NCBI RefSeq assembly: GCF_947568905.1
Contig: NC_079165.1
Coordinates: 10,850,001 to 10,914,000, forward strand
From: Ostrea edulis
Taxonomy: Eukaryota
DNA length: 64,000 bases
Direction of reading: 5' to 3'
Positions 1 to 13,848 of the stretch are shown here, piece by piece. The notes under the pieces were generated by a model that had not been told where the DNA came from, did not search any database, and was given only the letters and a program-made list of their open reading frames with translations. Position 1 is the first letter of the stretch; every line of letters begins with the position of its first letter. The translations under genes and the position numbers were made by a program.

Positions 1-629
1 CATGCTTTACGTTTACATAAAAATGTGTGTACAAGAAGGAGAGATTTACCGTGATTATAGTTTTACTTCACAAGACACCTACCCTGAAATCGTCATTATA
101 ATTTTTAAAAAAACCAGCGTATGTAGATTTAATTAAAAAGTAGCAACACTGCTAAAAACGTTCATCTTCAATATTCACTTGAAATAGAAAGTTTTTGGAA
201 AGATTTATGACCTTTGGGGGAAATGTATTTTTATGGTCAATAAACCAAAAAGAGAGAAGAAAACATTTGTTTGTTTTTTTTGTTTTTTTTTAGAATATCT
301 CCGTTACGTAATATTATATGCAAAGAGAAAGGGCCTAACCCATCTGTACACTACAATACACAAAGGTCGTTAATAATGGGTTGTTGTGGCACCAGCACAG
401 TTTGGGTCCTAATACACCGGCGCACAATTTTCCATTTCTGGCTATTATTCCAGATGCACACGGTCAATGACCCCGCCGAATAATGAAAGTCACCGTAAAC
501 TATCGCTAACAGGACCTCCTATCACTGTTTGTTTGAGTGTCACATGAAGAATTTAAACAGCGGTGTAATTTTGTGAAATTTATTGCACATTCTCTGCAAC
601 AGCGGTTGTAATTTTGAGTCCTCTCTCAC

Positions 630-3600
630 CTCTAGCACATTAATGCAGGTGCCTTCTGCCACGTCCCACACCCTGACAGATTCATCGTCACCAGCACTAG
701 CCACGTAAATTCCATCCGGGGAGAAAGCGAGAGCTTGGACCCAGCCTTCATGACCCTTCAGGACGTGGAGAGCATGACCAGTCCGAGGATTCCAAAGGCG
801 GACCGTCTTATCCCAGGAACCCGACGCCTACAGAAATACAGTTAAATCATCTTAGGTAACCAGAAATATTTTATTCTTTTAAATTTCTGCCAATGATGAT
901 CACAACATCCGGTTTGTTATCATTTCATAATTCTGACACTGATTACAATATTCGGTTTGTTATTATTTGATAATTACAATATCCGGTTTGTTATTATTTG
1001 ATATTTCTGATTACAATATCCGGTTTGTTATTATTTGATATTTCTGATTACAATATCCGTTTTGTTATTATTTGATATTTCTGATTACAATATCCGGTTT
1101 GTTATTATTTGATATTTCTGACACTGATTACAATATCCGGTTTGTTATTGTTTGATATTTCTGATTACAATATCTGGTTTGTTATTGTTTGATATTTCTG
1201 ATTACAATATCCGGTTTGTTATTATTTGATATTTCTGATTACAATATCCGGTTTGTTATTATTTGATGATTACAATATCCGGTTTGTTGTTGTTTGATAT
1301 TTCTGATTACAATATCCGGTTTGTTATTATTTGATATTTCTGATTACAATATCCGGTTTGTTATTATTTGATAATTACAATATCCGGTTTGTTATTATTT
1401 GATATTTCTGATTACAATATCCGGTTTGTTATTATTTGATATTTCTGATTACAATATCCGGTGTGTTATTATTTGATATTTCTGATTACAATATCCGGTG
1501 TGTTATTATTTGATATTTCTGATTACAATATCCAGTTTGTTATTATTTGATATTTCTGATTACAATATCCGGTGTGTTATTGTTTGATATTTCTGATTAC
1601 AATATCCGGTTTGTTATTATTTGATATTTCTGATTACAATATCCAGTGTGTTATTATTTGATATTTCTGATTACAATATCCGGTTTGTTATTGTTTGATA
1701 TTTCTGATTACAATATCCGGTTTGTTATTATTTGATATTTCTGATTACAATATCCGGTTTGTTATTATTTGATATTTCTGATTACAATATCCGGTTTGTT
1801 ATTGTTTGATATTTCTGATTACAATATCCGGTTTGTTATTGTTTGATGATTACAATATCAGGTTTGTTATTAGTTGATCATATTACAATATCCGGTTTGT
1901 TATTGTTTGATATTTCGGACACTGATTACAGTAACGTGAGGCTTACCAGCATTCCGTCTTTGGAGAAGACGACGGCGTGAATATTGCCTTTATGTCCCTC
2001 CAGTACCGTCACTTTGTCCACGCCGTCAGGGCTATTCAGTGTCCACAACCGGACCGTGAAGTCCCAGGACCCAGTGGCCTAGGCAAGAAGAAAATATAAT
2101 GTCAGAGAAGGTGATAGCCATCAAATGGGAGTAGTCATACAGAGATAGGAATCTGTAGATGAATGAATTTCATTTTCGTAAATAGTATCCATTTTTTGTT
2201 GGAGAAATTTTGTGAACTTCCATTCAAAAAGACGCATTACATTCATTTAAATCTAGTACTATAATAACTATGTTTGTTTTATGTCCTTTAGAGAATTTTT
2301 CACTCATACTGAAACGTCACCAGCCGCAAGTGAAGTACCGTAAATTTAGACCTATGCTAAGTGCTCAGGGCCCTAGCAGTGAGGGTTCTTTATTTTGCCA
2401 ACACCTGTCGTGATATGGGTCCTCTGTTTTTAAGGTCATATCCGAAAGACCCGTGATTCTTACTTCTAAATGAAGGATTTGGCGAAGGAGCAATTGTATA
2501 TATGTTTTTTAACGTCCAGTCGATAATTTTTCACTCATACTGAGACGTCGCCAGTTACATGTAGTACCACTTTAGACCTATGCTTAGCGCTTGAACAGCC
2601 GTAGCAGTGAGGGTTCTGTAACATGCCAATGCCTGTCGCGACACAGAAACTCCGTTTTTAAGGTTATATCTGAAAGACCCTGATTCTCACTTCTAGATAA
2701 CGAGCGTTTGGCGAAGGATCAACCACTACATATGTTTTCTTTTAAGTTTGACGCAGCCATGGCACGAGCGGGGCACGAACTCACGACCTCCCGGTAACAG
2801 AACGAACTCACGACCTCCCGGTAACAGAACGAACGCTGAGCTACCACAAGCGGCAGGCCTATATAGTAAGTATATAGCTTGATTAAAAAAAACACCTACT
2901 AACCAGCCATCGCCCATCTGGAGAAAATGCCACCGACTGCACCAATCCTTCATGTCCAACAAATATCCTGACGGGAACACCTCTCTAGACACAATGATTG
3001 GAGCATACAAATTTACAACAATGTAAGACAAACTCTCTACAAAATATAAAGAAAACTACACTATACATGAAAACAACCAAATTACCTCTTTGTCCCAGAG
3101 TATAGCTGTGCGGTCCCAGGATCCGGAGGCCAGATATTCACCCTCAGAAGAAAACACTACAATCTCCACACTCTTAGAGTGACCTACATTAACAACATCA
3201 GTCTCATATTCACCCTCAGAAGAAAACACTACAATCTCCACACTCTTAGAGTGACCTACATTGACAACATACATGTATATATTTACTTGGGAGAGGGGTA
3301 ACAGACATTTCTAAATTTGAATGTAGGACTTGTAGGTAATTAATTATGTAATTTAGTACCTAACAATTCATGCACTAGTTCAGCATCCCTGGTCCGCCAT
3401 AACCGGATAGTTTTGTCGTAGGATCCACTGGCAAAATATTTACTGTCTGGGCTGACTGCCACACTTTTTATTGCACCTGGTCAGAGTAATGCAAAATAAA
3501 AATTTTAAACATTTCAAATATTGGTGCTGTCATTTCTATAATTCACACACGAGATTTGTTTATTACCTGTATGTGTCTTGAGTATACACACGAGATTTGT

Positions 3601-5856
3601 TTATCACTTGTGTTTGTTTACCATCTGTATGTATTTGTTTACCATCTGTATTTGTTTATTACCTGTATATATTTGTTTATTATCTGTGTGTATTTGTTTA
3701 TTACCTGTATATATTTGTTTATTACCTGTATATATTTGTTTATTACCTGTATGTATTTGTTTATTACCTGTATATATTTGTTTATTATCTGTATGTATTT
3801 GTTTATTACCTGTATGTATTTATTACCTGTATGTATTTATTTATTACCTGTATGTATTTGTTTATTACCTGTATGTATTTGTTTATTACCTGTATGTATT
3901 TGTTTATTACCTGTATATATTTGTTTATTACCTGTATATATTTGTTTATTACCTTTTGTATTTGTATATTACCTGTATGTATTTGTTTATTTCCTGTATG
4001 TGTTTATTACCTGTATAAATTTGTTTATTACCTGTATGTGTTTATTACCTGTATGTATTTGTTTATTACCTGTATGTATTTGTTTATTACCTGTATGTAT
4101 TTGTTTATTACCTGTATATTACCTGTATGTATTTGTGTATTACCTGTGTGTATTTGTTTATTACCTGTATGTATTTATTACCTGTATGTATTTGTTTATT
4201 ACCTGTATGTATTTATTACCTGTATGTATTTATTTATTACCTGTATTTGTTTATTACCTGTATGTATTTATTACCTGTATGTATTTATTACCTGTATGTA
4301 TTTATTTATTACCTGTATGTATTTGTTTATTACCTGTATGTATTTGAAAATTACCTGTATATATTTGTGTATTACCTGTATATATTTGTTTATTACCTGT
4401 ATGTATTTGTTTATTACCTGTATGTATTTATTTATTACCTGTATATATTTGTTTATTACCTGTATGTATTTGTATATTACCTGTATATATTTGTGTATTA
4501 CCTGTATGTATTTGTTTATTACCTGTATGTATTTGTTTATTACCTGTATGTATTTATTACCTGTATGTATTTATTACCTGTATATATTTGTTTATTACCT
4601 TTTGTATTTGTATATTACCTGTATGTATTTGTATATTACCTGTATGTATTTGTTTATTACCTGTATGTATTTGTATATTACCTGTATATATTTGTTTATT
4701 ACCTTTTGTATTTGTATATTACCTGTATGTATTTGTATATTACCTGTATGTATTTGTTTATTACCTGTATGTATTTGTTTATTACCTGTATGTATTTGTA
4801 TATTACCTGTATATATTTGTTTATTACCTTTTGTATTTGTATATTACCTGTATGTATTTGTATATTACCTGTATGTATTTGTTTATTACCTGTATGTATT
4901 TGTTTATTACCTGTATATATTTGTTTATTACCTGTATATATTTGTTTATTACCTTTTGTATTTGTATATTACCTGTATGTATTTGTTTATTTCCTGTATG
5001 TATTTGTATATTACCTGTATGTATTTGTTTATTACCTGTATGTATTTGTTTATTACCTGTATGTCCCTTGAGCTTACACACCATCTCCCCCGTTTTAGAG
5101 TTGAAGACTCGAACACGTTGGTCATCACTACCCGTTACCACGAACTGAAAATCTGATGAGAAGGCGACACAGTTCACCTGTAGGAAAAAGCATCAGAGTG
5201 TAAAGGGAGGACAACTCTTAGTATCAGACCCTGCCTCAACAAGTTAAGGCTTTGTATATTTGTTACAGATTGCAATTTGTCCATTTTGACTAAATATTGA
5301 AAGCTTTTTCTAAGAAATCTTCACTACACTAAAGCATATATTCTTTATGACACTCTGTCACAAGATGGCGATTTATCGATAAATGTTTTGTGAAAGTATT
5401 TGTATCGATCGATTTGTATGTCTAACATCGTAGCTCATTGATTAAAGCATTGGGCTGGTGAACCGCAGATCTCGAGTTCAAATCCGCCAGAGTCTTTTGT
5501 TAAATGTGTTGAAATATTTTTTCTGAAAATCATGTTTTTATCTCTTTGCCTATTTTCTGCTTTTTTGGCATATATACTTATTATATATCATAATATCTTT
5601 TATGATTAAATCAATTTGTACTGATTTGAGAAACAATTTCTGGGTGTAGTGAGCCACCTTATAGTTTGTAATTTTGTCTCAGACTGTTCATTTGTATTGT
5701 CTATGGAATTGATAACTAGTATGCTTTATCTTAAGTAAAAAGAAATGTTTATATGAGCAAAATTAAAGATACCCAAGAAATGTTCAAATTCTGTTACAGA
5801 TCAGTAAACAATACATTTTTAATAAAGTTGATTGATTCAAATTCAAGATTAAAAGA

Positions 5857-5896
<40 letters not shown>

Positions 5897-8799
5897 ATGA
5901 TTGTGGAGGATGCATTTCAGATTTTAGAAAATACAAAACACTTCATTAAGAGTGATTGCAGAAATGTTGTAGATATATGGGAAAATGTGAATATCTGACA
6001 TTATCAGAAGTGGAAACACATTGTTGTTGAGTTTTAAAATAAACAGGTGCAGGAGTTTTTAAATTGTGTACAGTGCATACAAAACATGTATTCTCTTGAA
6101 AAAATGAATTATAACATTTACAACCATGTTTAGACTATAAATGTCTGGGTTTTTTTGTTTAAATTCTATTCCTCATCTGTACCTGAAGGCAAACAAAGAA
6201 CACATATTCTTGAAAACACATTATTAAGCTAAAGCGAAATTCTAAATCCTTGTAATTTCGTTTTAAACATTTGATATTAAATTTAAAACAAATCACTTTC
6301 AAGCACTCTCTGTCATGGTAATGTAGATTAAACTTAGTCCGATGACCTCATCCCTGTCCGTTACTATTTCTGCACTTAGCTATGATTGTTATCTGAAAAA
6401 ATTCACTTAAAGGTTTTCTGGACTAAACTATGGCCTAAATGTACACTGTCAAGCACTTATTACCCACAATTCTTTGTATGTAATCTTATATTTGTACAGA
6501 TCCCTGCTGCAAGCAAATGTTACTGTGTTATACCTCTGTCAATTCTCTTCCTGAGAATTCTGTTAATATAGACTTTAATGAAATCTTGAAGTGTTAGGGA
6601 TTTTAAGTGGAATGTAATTAACTCAAAATACTGGAATATAAAGTAGGTCCAAATGTCATTTTATAGATAAAACCTGTATCCATACAGATTTATAAGTGTA
6701 AAATAAGATATCAGAGAATGACTGTACAAGCTTAATGACTAAATACTTCACCAACATTTAAAGTTTGTCATAATTTATACCAAATACATCAAGTAAGCAG
6801 AAAGACAAGTTTGTACTGAACAAAAGAATTGTAAGGAGAGGGTGGTCTAAGTATTTAGAATTTGTGTCAGATCCCTTTGTAATTGTCTCACACTGAAATA
6901 CATTCAAACCAAACCAAAGAATTGTAACAGATGTGCTTATTACAACAAATAGATAAGTTTATGCTTGAATGGTACATGTACCAAAGGGTCAGCATTATAT
7001 TTTTAGCTGCATCTTTGATCAGATGGGATTATATCCAGTACATAAATTAAAGGCTATAGGTGTCGTTACACACAGATCCAGCACACAATGTAATTATACA
7101 CTTAATTAGTCTGTAATCTGTCCCCAGAACTGTGCAAACAACACTGTTATTGTTGATACAAAGCTGGTCAAATTATTGATTTCTAATGATTGACTTGGCA
7201 TTCCTCTTCATTCCTATTACATAAATCAGGACTTCCTAATTACCTGTCTGTCAAATGGTTCCAATACCAATTTGAACTTTTTGAATATTTAATACGACTG
7301 TATGATGAAATCATTGTACTGTTTGATCGATTCAGTTCTGTTAATAAGGTCAATGTATGTTATCTTGTTATTTTGAAATATTTTTCTGTGAGATAACGAC
7401 AATCTAATATATTGTAACAGGTAGGGAGAAAATGTAATTGGCCAGACCAAGATTCAAACCCGGGCCCCCTTACAGACAGACCCAGCACACAATGTAATTA
7501 TGCACCAAATGGACTCTAAATATAGTGGACAATGTCTAATAAAGTTTGCATTCAATTGATGCAGCAAATGGACTCTAAACGGTGGACATCTTTACTTGAA
7601 ATTGAGGGAAAATACAAACAAACCTTCAAAATTCCAGATAAAATTGGTAAAAAATTATTAAATTTTAAAAAATCTTGTGATAAGCAGGTGTAAAAAAAAT
7701 TTACTGCTGAATCCTGGGAGATTTTGTTTTTAATTGATCAGGCAAGGGCAACAACTTTTACTAAAAGCATTGTGTATTCCTTCACAGAGAGTGTGTGCAC
7801 TATTATACCATACTTCCCTTGTATTCCATTACTGTATACATTTTCCCACTAAGACAACACTTTACACTTACATATCTTAAGGTATACACCTAAAACTACT
7901 CCGAGTTCAACAATACCCTTGTAAAAAAAATAGTTTGTATTTAAATTATGTCCTTGCGATGACAGTTGTATCTATATATCAAAGTGTTGTAATAATAAAC
8001 AATGCCTGTTATCAAAAATCAGCAGTTCAATAGTCACAGCATGCTTTTAAAGTTTTATAAATTTAAAGTGCAGGAGCCAGCTAAATGGGCCTATATATTG
8101 ATAAACATCACCATAAGGCACGGACAACTCCTACAAACTCAAATACCGAGTAATCTAAAACTGCTGTTTATTTTCAAGTATGTTTATTTTCCCCTGAAAT
8201 CCCTTGTCTATATAGAATTTACACGCTTACGTGGAAATTACGTTTCATATTGTATGCTACGCGCAAACTCTAGATAGCTTATTAATTATACGCTTACGTG
8301 GAAATTACGTATCATATTGTATGCTACGCGCAAACTCTAGATAGCTTATTAATTATACGGAGTGGTGGGTGGTGGTTATTTTCCCCCCTTTTCTGAGGAA
8401 ATCCTCTGATTGGCTCAATTTTCGAAAAATTGAAACACTCTAGGTTTGATCAAAAGTGACAGAAAATAATATTTTGGTAAGTTGGGTGAAGTGTTTTCCT
8501 CCCTTCCTTTTTTTTTTTTTTTTTTTTTTTGACCAATATTGTCCTCTGATTTCTGAGGAATTAATTCATCCCTGCAGCTTTGTAATTCATTTTTTGAAGA
8601 TGAACGTCACATTACCATGAAAAAATGAACGTCATCCATAGAATGTTACACTACACGTAAATAAATTACATAAATCAATATAACTTGTAATCTAACATAT
8701 GTTGGACAGGTGCGCGTTCGCGAATTTTCTTACCTCGTCTTTGTGTCCTGAAAATTTGGTCAGGTCCAATTGGTTTAAATCTCGTGGCCCTTTAAACAT
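630..8799 (-). CDS. WDR38: WD40-repeat protein, WDR38-like; 7 exons in window, 3' end not found
   Basis: GT-AG exons with consistent phases: 8799-8734 (MFKGPRDLNQLDLTKFSGHKDE), 5177-5057 (VNCVAFSSDF..KLKGHT), 3476-3360 (GAIKSVAVSPDSKYFASGSYDKTIRLW..), 3183-3086 (GHSKSVEIVVFS..LASGSWDRTAILWDKE; alternative acceptor at 3255), 2984-2904 (RGVPVRIFVGHEGLVQSVAFSPDGRWL), 2078-1947 (ATGSWDFTVRLW..LEGHKGNIHAVVFSKDGML), 827-630 (ASGSWDKTVRLW..GHEGWVQALAFSPDG..CINVLE). GH..WD repeats are unambiguous. The WDR38 assignment rests on recalled similarity to the human protein and needs BLAST. Confidence 0.85.
897..1930. repeat. 37-bp minisatellite, about 28 copies, intronic
   Basis: Unit CTGATTACAATATCCGGTTTGTTATTATTTGATATTT; period 37 measured at 1681/1718. 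Confidence 0.95.
2272..2860 (-). mobile_element. Two adjacent tRNA-derived SINE copies (about 2272-2485 and 2495-2860)
   Basis: Bodies match the SINE at 52306-52600 on the opposite strand; the second has a tRNA-like head with a short internal duplication near 2775-2835. Confidence 0.75.
3556..5064. repeat. 21-bp minisatellite, about 70 copies, built from the WD40 exon-2 splice donor junction
   Basis: Minus-strand unit ACATACAG|GTAATAAACAAAT equals the last 8 nt of exon 5177-5057 plus the first 13 intron nt. Confidence 0.95.
8221..8358. repeat. 67-bp tandem duplication (2 copies)
   Basis: CGCTTACGTGGAAATTACG.. starts at 8224 and 8291. Confidence 0.9.
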
Positions 8800-9370
8800 C
8801 TTTAACAAACTAACATCCTTCTTCTCTCTCCAACAAATTTCATATCATGTCTGTATATAACCCATTTCAAGAGCTATTTTACACTTCAATTTGATTAACC
8901 AGGCCAGGCATCGTGATTAGCATGTTTACACTGGAAACGCTGTCGCTGTGCTATTTACAGCATGCCGATCCCGACTCAATGTGTAACGTCGAAAAGGGAG
9001 CCTTGGTATATGGGTAAACGTTTCATAAATATGTCAGAATTTTAGTAATATACCTCATGAAATAAGATATTTCATTTCCACTGATGGATAAGAACACATG
9101 CAAAATCAGATCGATTGGAATTATTTAAAAATTTAAAAAAAAGTCAACTCAAACAGTATTTCTATGTCAGTATTACACGTTCGCAAATTCAGCTATTTAT
9201 CTAGATTAATGAGTAAGGAATTTTTTTTTTTCTAAATGAGGAAGATCTTAAACGTTTTCACACGGGAATTCTAGAAGGTATCCATACGACAGATGTTTAC
9301 ATTTTTTTTTTTTTTTTTTTTAGTATTATTAAACTACAAAGGTAGATCTACTTTTAAGGGGAAGGGGTCA

Positions 9371-10396
9371 TATGGAGCGCCAAATTAACATAAACTCAAA
9401 TAATTGAAGATATCTTCAATTATTTGAAGATATCATCAATTCATTTGATGCGCGCAACAATTTAATTAAAAATCTCTTCAAATAATTAATGATATCTTCA
9501 ATTCTGAATTATTGCGCGCATTAAATGAATTGATGATAGCATTAATTCTTCTGCTGAATTGATGCGCGCTTTAATTGAATTAATGATCTCTTCAAATGAA
9601 TTAATGATATCAACAATTGAATTGATGCGCGCTACAATTCAATTGAAGAGAGCAATAATTGATATAATACGCGCATTAAATCAATTGATGAGAGCAATAA
9701 TTGAATTGATGCGCGCATTAATTCATTTGATGAGAGCAATAATGGATTTAATGCGCGCATTAATTCAATTATTGCTCTCTTCAATTGAATTAATGATATC
9801 TTTAATTCATTTGAAGAGAGCAATAATTCTTTGAGAGAGAGAGCAACTATATGATTAAAGATATCTTCAATTCAACATATCCACTTGAATTGTTGCTCTC
9901 TTTAAAGGAATTGATGCGCGCATTAATTCCTTATACAAAAGCATTGTAAATAATTAAAGATATCTTCAATTGAATTAAAGAGATCATCAAATTATTTATA
10001 CCGAGCTCTAACTCAATTATTGCGAGCAATATTTCTACGAAATTAATGCTCTCATCAATTGAATTGAAGAGAGCAATAATTGAATTAATGCGCGCATCAA
10101 ATCTATTATTAATTCAATTGATGCTCTCGTCAATTGAATTGAAGAGAGCAATACTTGAATTAATGCGCGCATTAAATCAATTATTGCTCTCATTAATTCA
10201 ATTGATGCGTGCATTAATTCAATTGATGAGAGCAATAATTGAATTGAAGCGCGCATTAATTCAATTGATGAGAGCAATAATTGATTTAATGCGCGCATTA
10301 ATTCAATTAAAGAGAGCAATAATTGAATTGATGATATCTTCAAATAATTAAATATATCTTCAATTATTTGAGTTTATGTTAATTTGACGCTCCATA
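9371..10396. mobile_element. Non-autonomous TIR DNA transposon with 6-bp TSD, IS3EU-like
   Basis: TIR TATGGAGCG(C/T)CAAATTAACATAAACTCAAATAATTGAAGATAT at both ends; GGGTCA direct repeat at 9365-9370 and 10397-10402; mirrored internal AATTGATGCGCGC-type subrepeats. TAY..RTA termini with a 6-bp TSD are the described IS3EU signature. Confidence 0.8.
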
Positions 10397-11397
10397 GGGT
10401 CAAGGCTTGATAGTGCGGATGAAAAGCGTTAACACAAATGAAAGGCGTAATTTATTTAATGCGAAACAAACACACGATGAACCGAATTAAAAACATAACA
10501 CGAAGTTAAAATGCGCTGTATAACGCAAAAGAAGGCATGAGAACGCGAATCAAAGGCCAAAAGCATAGGCCCCTAATATTTTAACGCGTAATATTAAAGG
10601 GGAGCAAAGACATAATGACGTAAAGTTATAGGTCGTAATGATATATTTAGTATTGTTCGGACGGGACTTCTCACTCTTTCTATATTTAGTACTCAGAACA
10701 GAAGATTGTACAGATCCAGTAGGGGCAAAATTATTTTGTTTTCGTAGCTCCTCCAAAGCCCAATCATGACTCCCCCCCCTCCCCCCCCAAAAAAAAAAAT
10801 CTACCACATATCGGCTAATTCTAGCGAGGAATATTTAGTTGATTTTTCTACAAATTATAGTTTGAAACATTAGTGCTTTATTTTTTTTTTAGCACATTTT
10901 CATTGAAGAAGTGTATCATTTATATGAATTTTGGCGCTTTCATTTATGGTTAATTTTCCTCATCTACCATGAAACCAATATTCCAGCGAGTCAAAATTCC
11001 CCGATATATATGGTATCATTTTTATTGTATATGTATAGGTTGTACATGTATAGATTTACCATATTTATCCATTAATATGTATACCATAATACATGTGTTG
11101 TGTAAGATAATCGTAACTTCTTTGCCTATTGGTTGGGAAAAATCTCGGTACCGTATACCAGTTTTGCATCAAAAAATGATTAGGACCCATGAATTTTCCC
11201 TGAAGGGGTGTGAGGGTGTCATTAGTGGAAACTAGAATACTCCAGTCGATCACGAAAGAGATATTTTAAAAAAACACTAAACCATGTATTTCGTTACGTA
11301 ATTACGTAATTACCGTATACTGTTTTTGTATTTGCATTATTCGCTTTATTACGCTTTTGATTGATTCGCGTTATTACGCTTTTGGTTCGTGTAAAAT

Positions 11398-11456
<59 letters not shown>

Positions 11457-11834
11457 TTTTGAAAAAAAAAAAAAAGATGTTCTGTTTGAAATGATTCTCG
11501 TAGACATTCCTCCCTACAAGTACTAAAATAGACAGACCAACAAAAAAAAAAAGGGGGGGGGGGATCGAAGTTCATCTTTTACAACTATTTCGTACAAATG
11601 TTCATCTTTCACTATACCGATGTATCTGCTAGTTATGACTAGAAATACATATCTTGGTCATGTATCCCTTACATTCAATGTATTTCATGATTGTAAAATG
11701 TTTTTTATAACCAAAAATCATTTTTTTGATTTCACATAAGAAAAAAAAAAAGGATAAAAGCCGAATAGGACTACCCCGAGAGAAAAAAGAAAAAGAAAAG
11801 AAAGGCGTTATACATGTAATGTAAAGTAAAAAGG

Positions 11835-11942
11835 CAATCTGATTAAAATCAGATCTTTGATCCGCTCCGTTATTTTTATATCGCTACATAAAGCGACATA
11901 ACAATAACGGAGCGAATCAAAGATCTGAATTTAATCAGATTG
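11835..11942. mobile_element. 108-bp palindromic MITE (CAATCTGATTAAAATCAG.. ends), about 10-bp TSD, Mutator-like
   Basis: Near-perfect hairpin; flanks AGTAAAAAGG and AGTAAAAAGT (9/10 match); same family as 21799-21930. Confidence 0.75.
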
Positions 11943-12023
11943 AGTAAAAAGTCGTATTAACGCGAAACAAAAGGCGTTATAACGCGGATAAAGTCTAAAT
12001 AACGCGAAGTAAAAAGGCGTTAA

Positions 12024-12532
12024 GGTATTCAATGTATAATGACCATATTTCATATCTAATAAATGGATAGTGGAATATTTGTAATCATGGTATCATTTTG
12101 AAGGGTTCATCAAATAAAAATAATCCACCATAGGAATTTTCGAAATTTTGTTTACTGCTTGATTTATTTCACCTAGAATTTAACGTTGAAGTACATGTAT
12201 ATGGGAAAAGCATGTTTTATTACAATATTTTAAAAACAAATTCTATTTTCATAATTATCTCTTGGTAGAAAGTTACATACAGTTTTTATGAAAATATGAA
12301 ATAAAATTAATCAATGACCGCACACAGTTTTAGAAAATGAGATTTTTCTTATTTTTACAAAGGACAGACAACTTTTCCAAAAAGTCTTAAGTGCAAAAAG
12401 GTCAGCTTCTAATCATTTACCAGTCATGTGAATTTCATCTGCTTCACTTTCATCATTATTTAACAATAAACTTTTATGTTGATCTAAATCCTTCAAAATT
12501 GTTCATTATCCTTTCATTATACATGGAATACC
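12024..12532. mobile_element. Non-autonomous Kolobok-type DNA transposon
   Basis: TTAA on both sides; TIR GGTATTC(A/C)ATGTATAATGA (18/19 match). Confidence 0.8.
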
Positions 12533-13053
12533 TTAAAACGCCTTTCAGAACTAGCGTATAAATAACGCGTTTCAAAAGGCCGAATCAGAGGACGTTATGA
12601 CGCAAATTGAAAGGCGTCATTGCGTCTTTGAAAGGCATTATAATGCGAGCTGAAAAGGCGAAATAACGCAAAAAATGCAGGCAAGATAGGAAACCCTTAG
12701 AACTATCGTTTTCCGCCCTCAGTATGGGACTGTATGGATACCCCCCACCCCCCAGGGTGGGGCCACATTTCAGACCTTTCCAATGATTGAATATGGGTTG
12801 ATCGAATGGAACAAAACAAAACTGCTAAAGGGCTAGAGAACCGTAACAGGGGTCACACAGGCCTATATAACGGTAATTGAGCTTAATTAAAAGTATCCAC
12901 TTTTAAATCATGTAGGTCATAATGAAGGTTAATAACAACGTAATCGTTGAAGAGTCCACAAAAGGATAGAAATACTAATGATAATTCAATATGAATGAGT
13001 TAATATATGAATGAAATTTCTTTGTTGCTAAATCATAACTCGAGATACAGCTA

Positions 13054-13795
13054 CAGTCTATGGAAAAAAGCATTCGTACAGTCACGCCATTTTTCAAACG
13101 TGTTTACGTTGCGGGTTATCTCGCTTTGCACAGACATGAGTTATCCTTTCACCGATGATTTATTTATAAAGTCAAAGGTCATTAATGTGACTTGGCGTAA
13201 AGATGTTTTTTGACGTCTGCAACTCTACATGGAAGCAAGGCAAGGTAGTGATTAGAAAACATGGGTTGTAATCATCTGAACTCAAAAAAGGCTGCAAAGA
13301 AAACATCGTAGCATTAGTTCAGGGCGGTAAAAGTTTCGGGGAAGTTGAAATATTATTAAAAATTCCTATATCAACTGTGTAAATTTATTTACAAGTGCTT
13401 GGAAAAAGTTTCGAGAGCGAGGTCTACAACAGATAACAAGCAGAGAAGTGGACGAAAGGAATTAGTGGATGAACGCACAGAACGGAGACTTGTTCGACAG
13501 ACACGGGCGGATAGAAAAGGACCACTGTCGGACGTTACAAGAAAATATAATGAAAATTACGTACAATGCAAATATTTCAAAGAAAGAAATGGATACTGAA
13601 TATGTGTTTGTATAAAGAAAATACGGCCCGGGTTGCCAATCGTGTAAAATGTGTGCAATGGTGCGCGGGTAAAATAAACTGAGCCATGGAAAATGAACGG
13701 AAAAGGTCATGCTTTTCTGACGAGTGCTAGATTGCTGTTGACTGTCGAGCATGTGTATAGAGAAGAAGTGATGAATCTTGACTGTCAGACTGTAT
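13054..13795 (+). mobile_element. Degenerate Tc1/mariner transposase fragment
   Basis: TA|CAGT..AAAAAG start; translated remnants 'KQRSGRKELVDERTERRLVRQTRADRK' (HTH region) and 'FSDEC' (first D of DDE); stops and frameshifts present. Confidence 0.65.
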
Positions 13796-13848
13796 CCCCC
13801 CCCCCCCCCCCCGAAATAGGTAAAGGAATTTGGGTGTGCATTAGGTGT

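Noticed and set aside
63-83. Candidate WD40 terminal exon GRCLVK*
   Set aside because: A plausible acceptor but no similarity to the expected last WD repeat; the true exon may lie outside the window.
897-1930. 37-bp array as a third amplified splice site
   Set aside because: It starts about 15 nt inside the intron and the unit does not contain the donor GT or exon sequence.
3556-5156. Long ORFs up to 519 aa (FITCMYL / YYLYVFV / LLPVCIC repeats)
   Set aside because: Stop-free reading frames of the 21-bp minisatellite, antisense within an intron; no coding hallmarks.
6160-6200. Acceptor-like TTCTTTGTTTGCCTTCAG followed by a very short frame on the minus strand
   Set aside because: Lies in WD40 intron 1 with no partner exons and stops in all frames within a few codons.
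9559-10351. MRALIELM-repeat ORFs on both strands
   Set aside because: Translations of mirrored subrepeats inside the TIR element.
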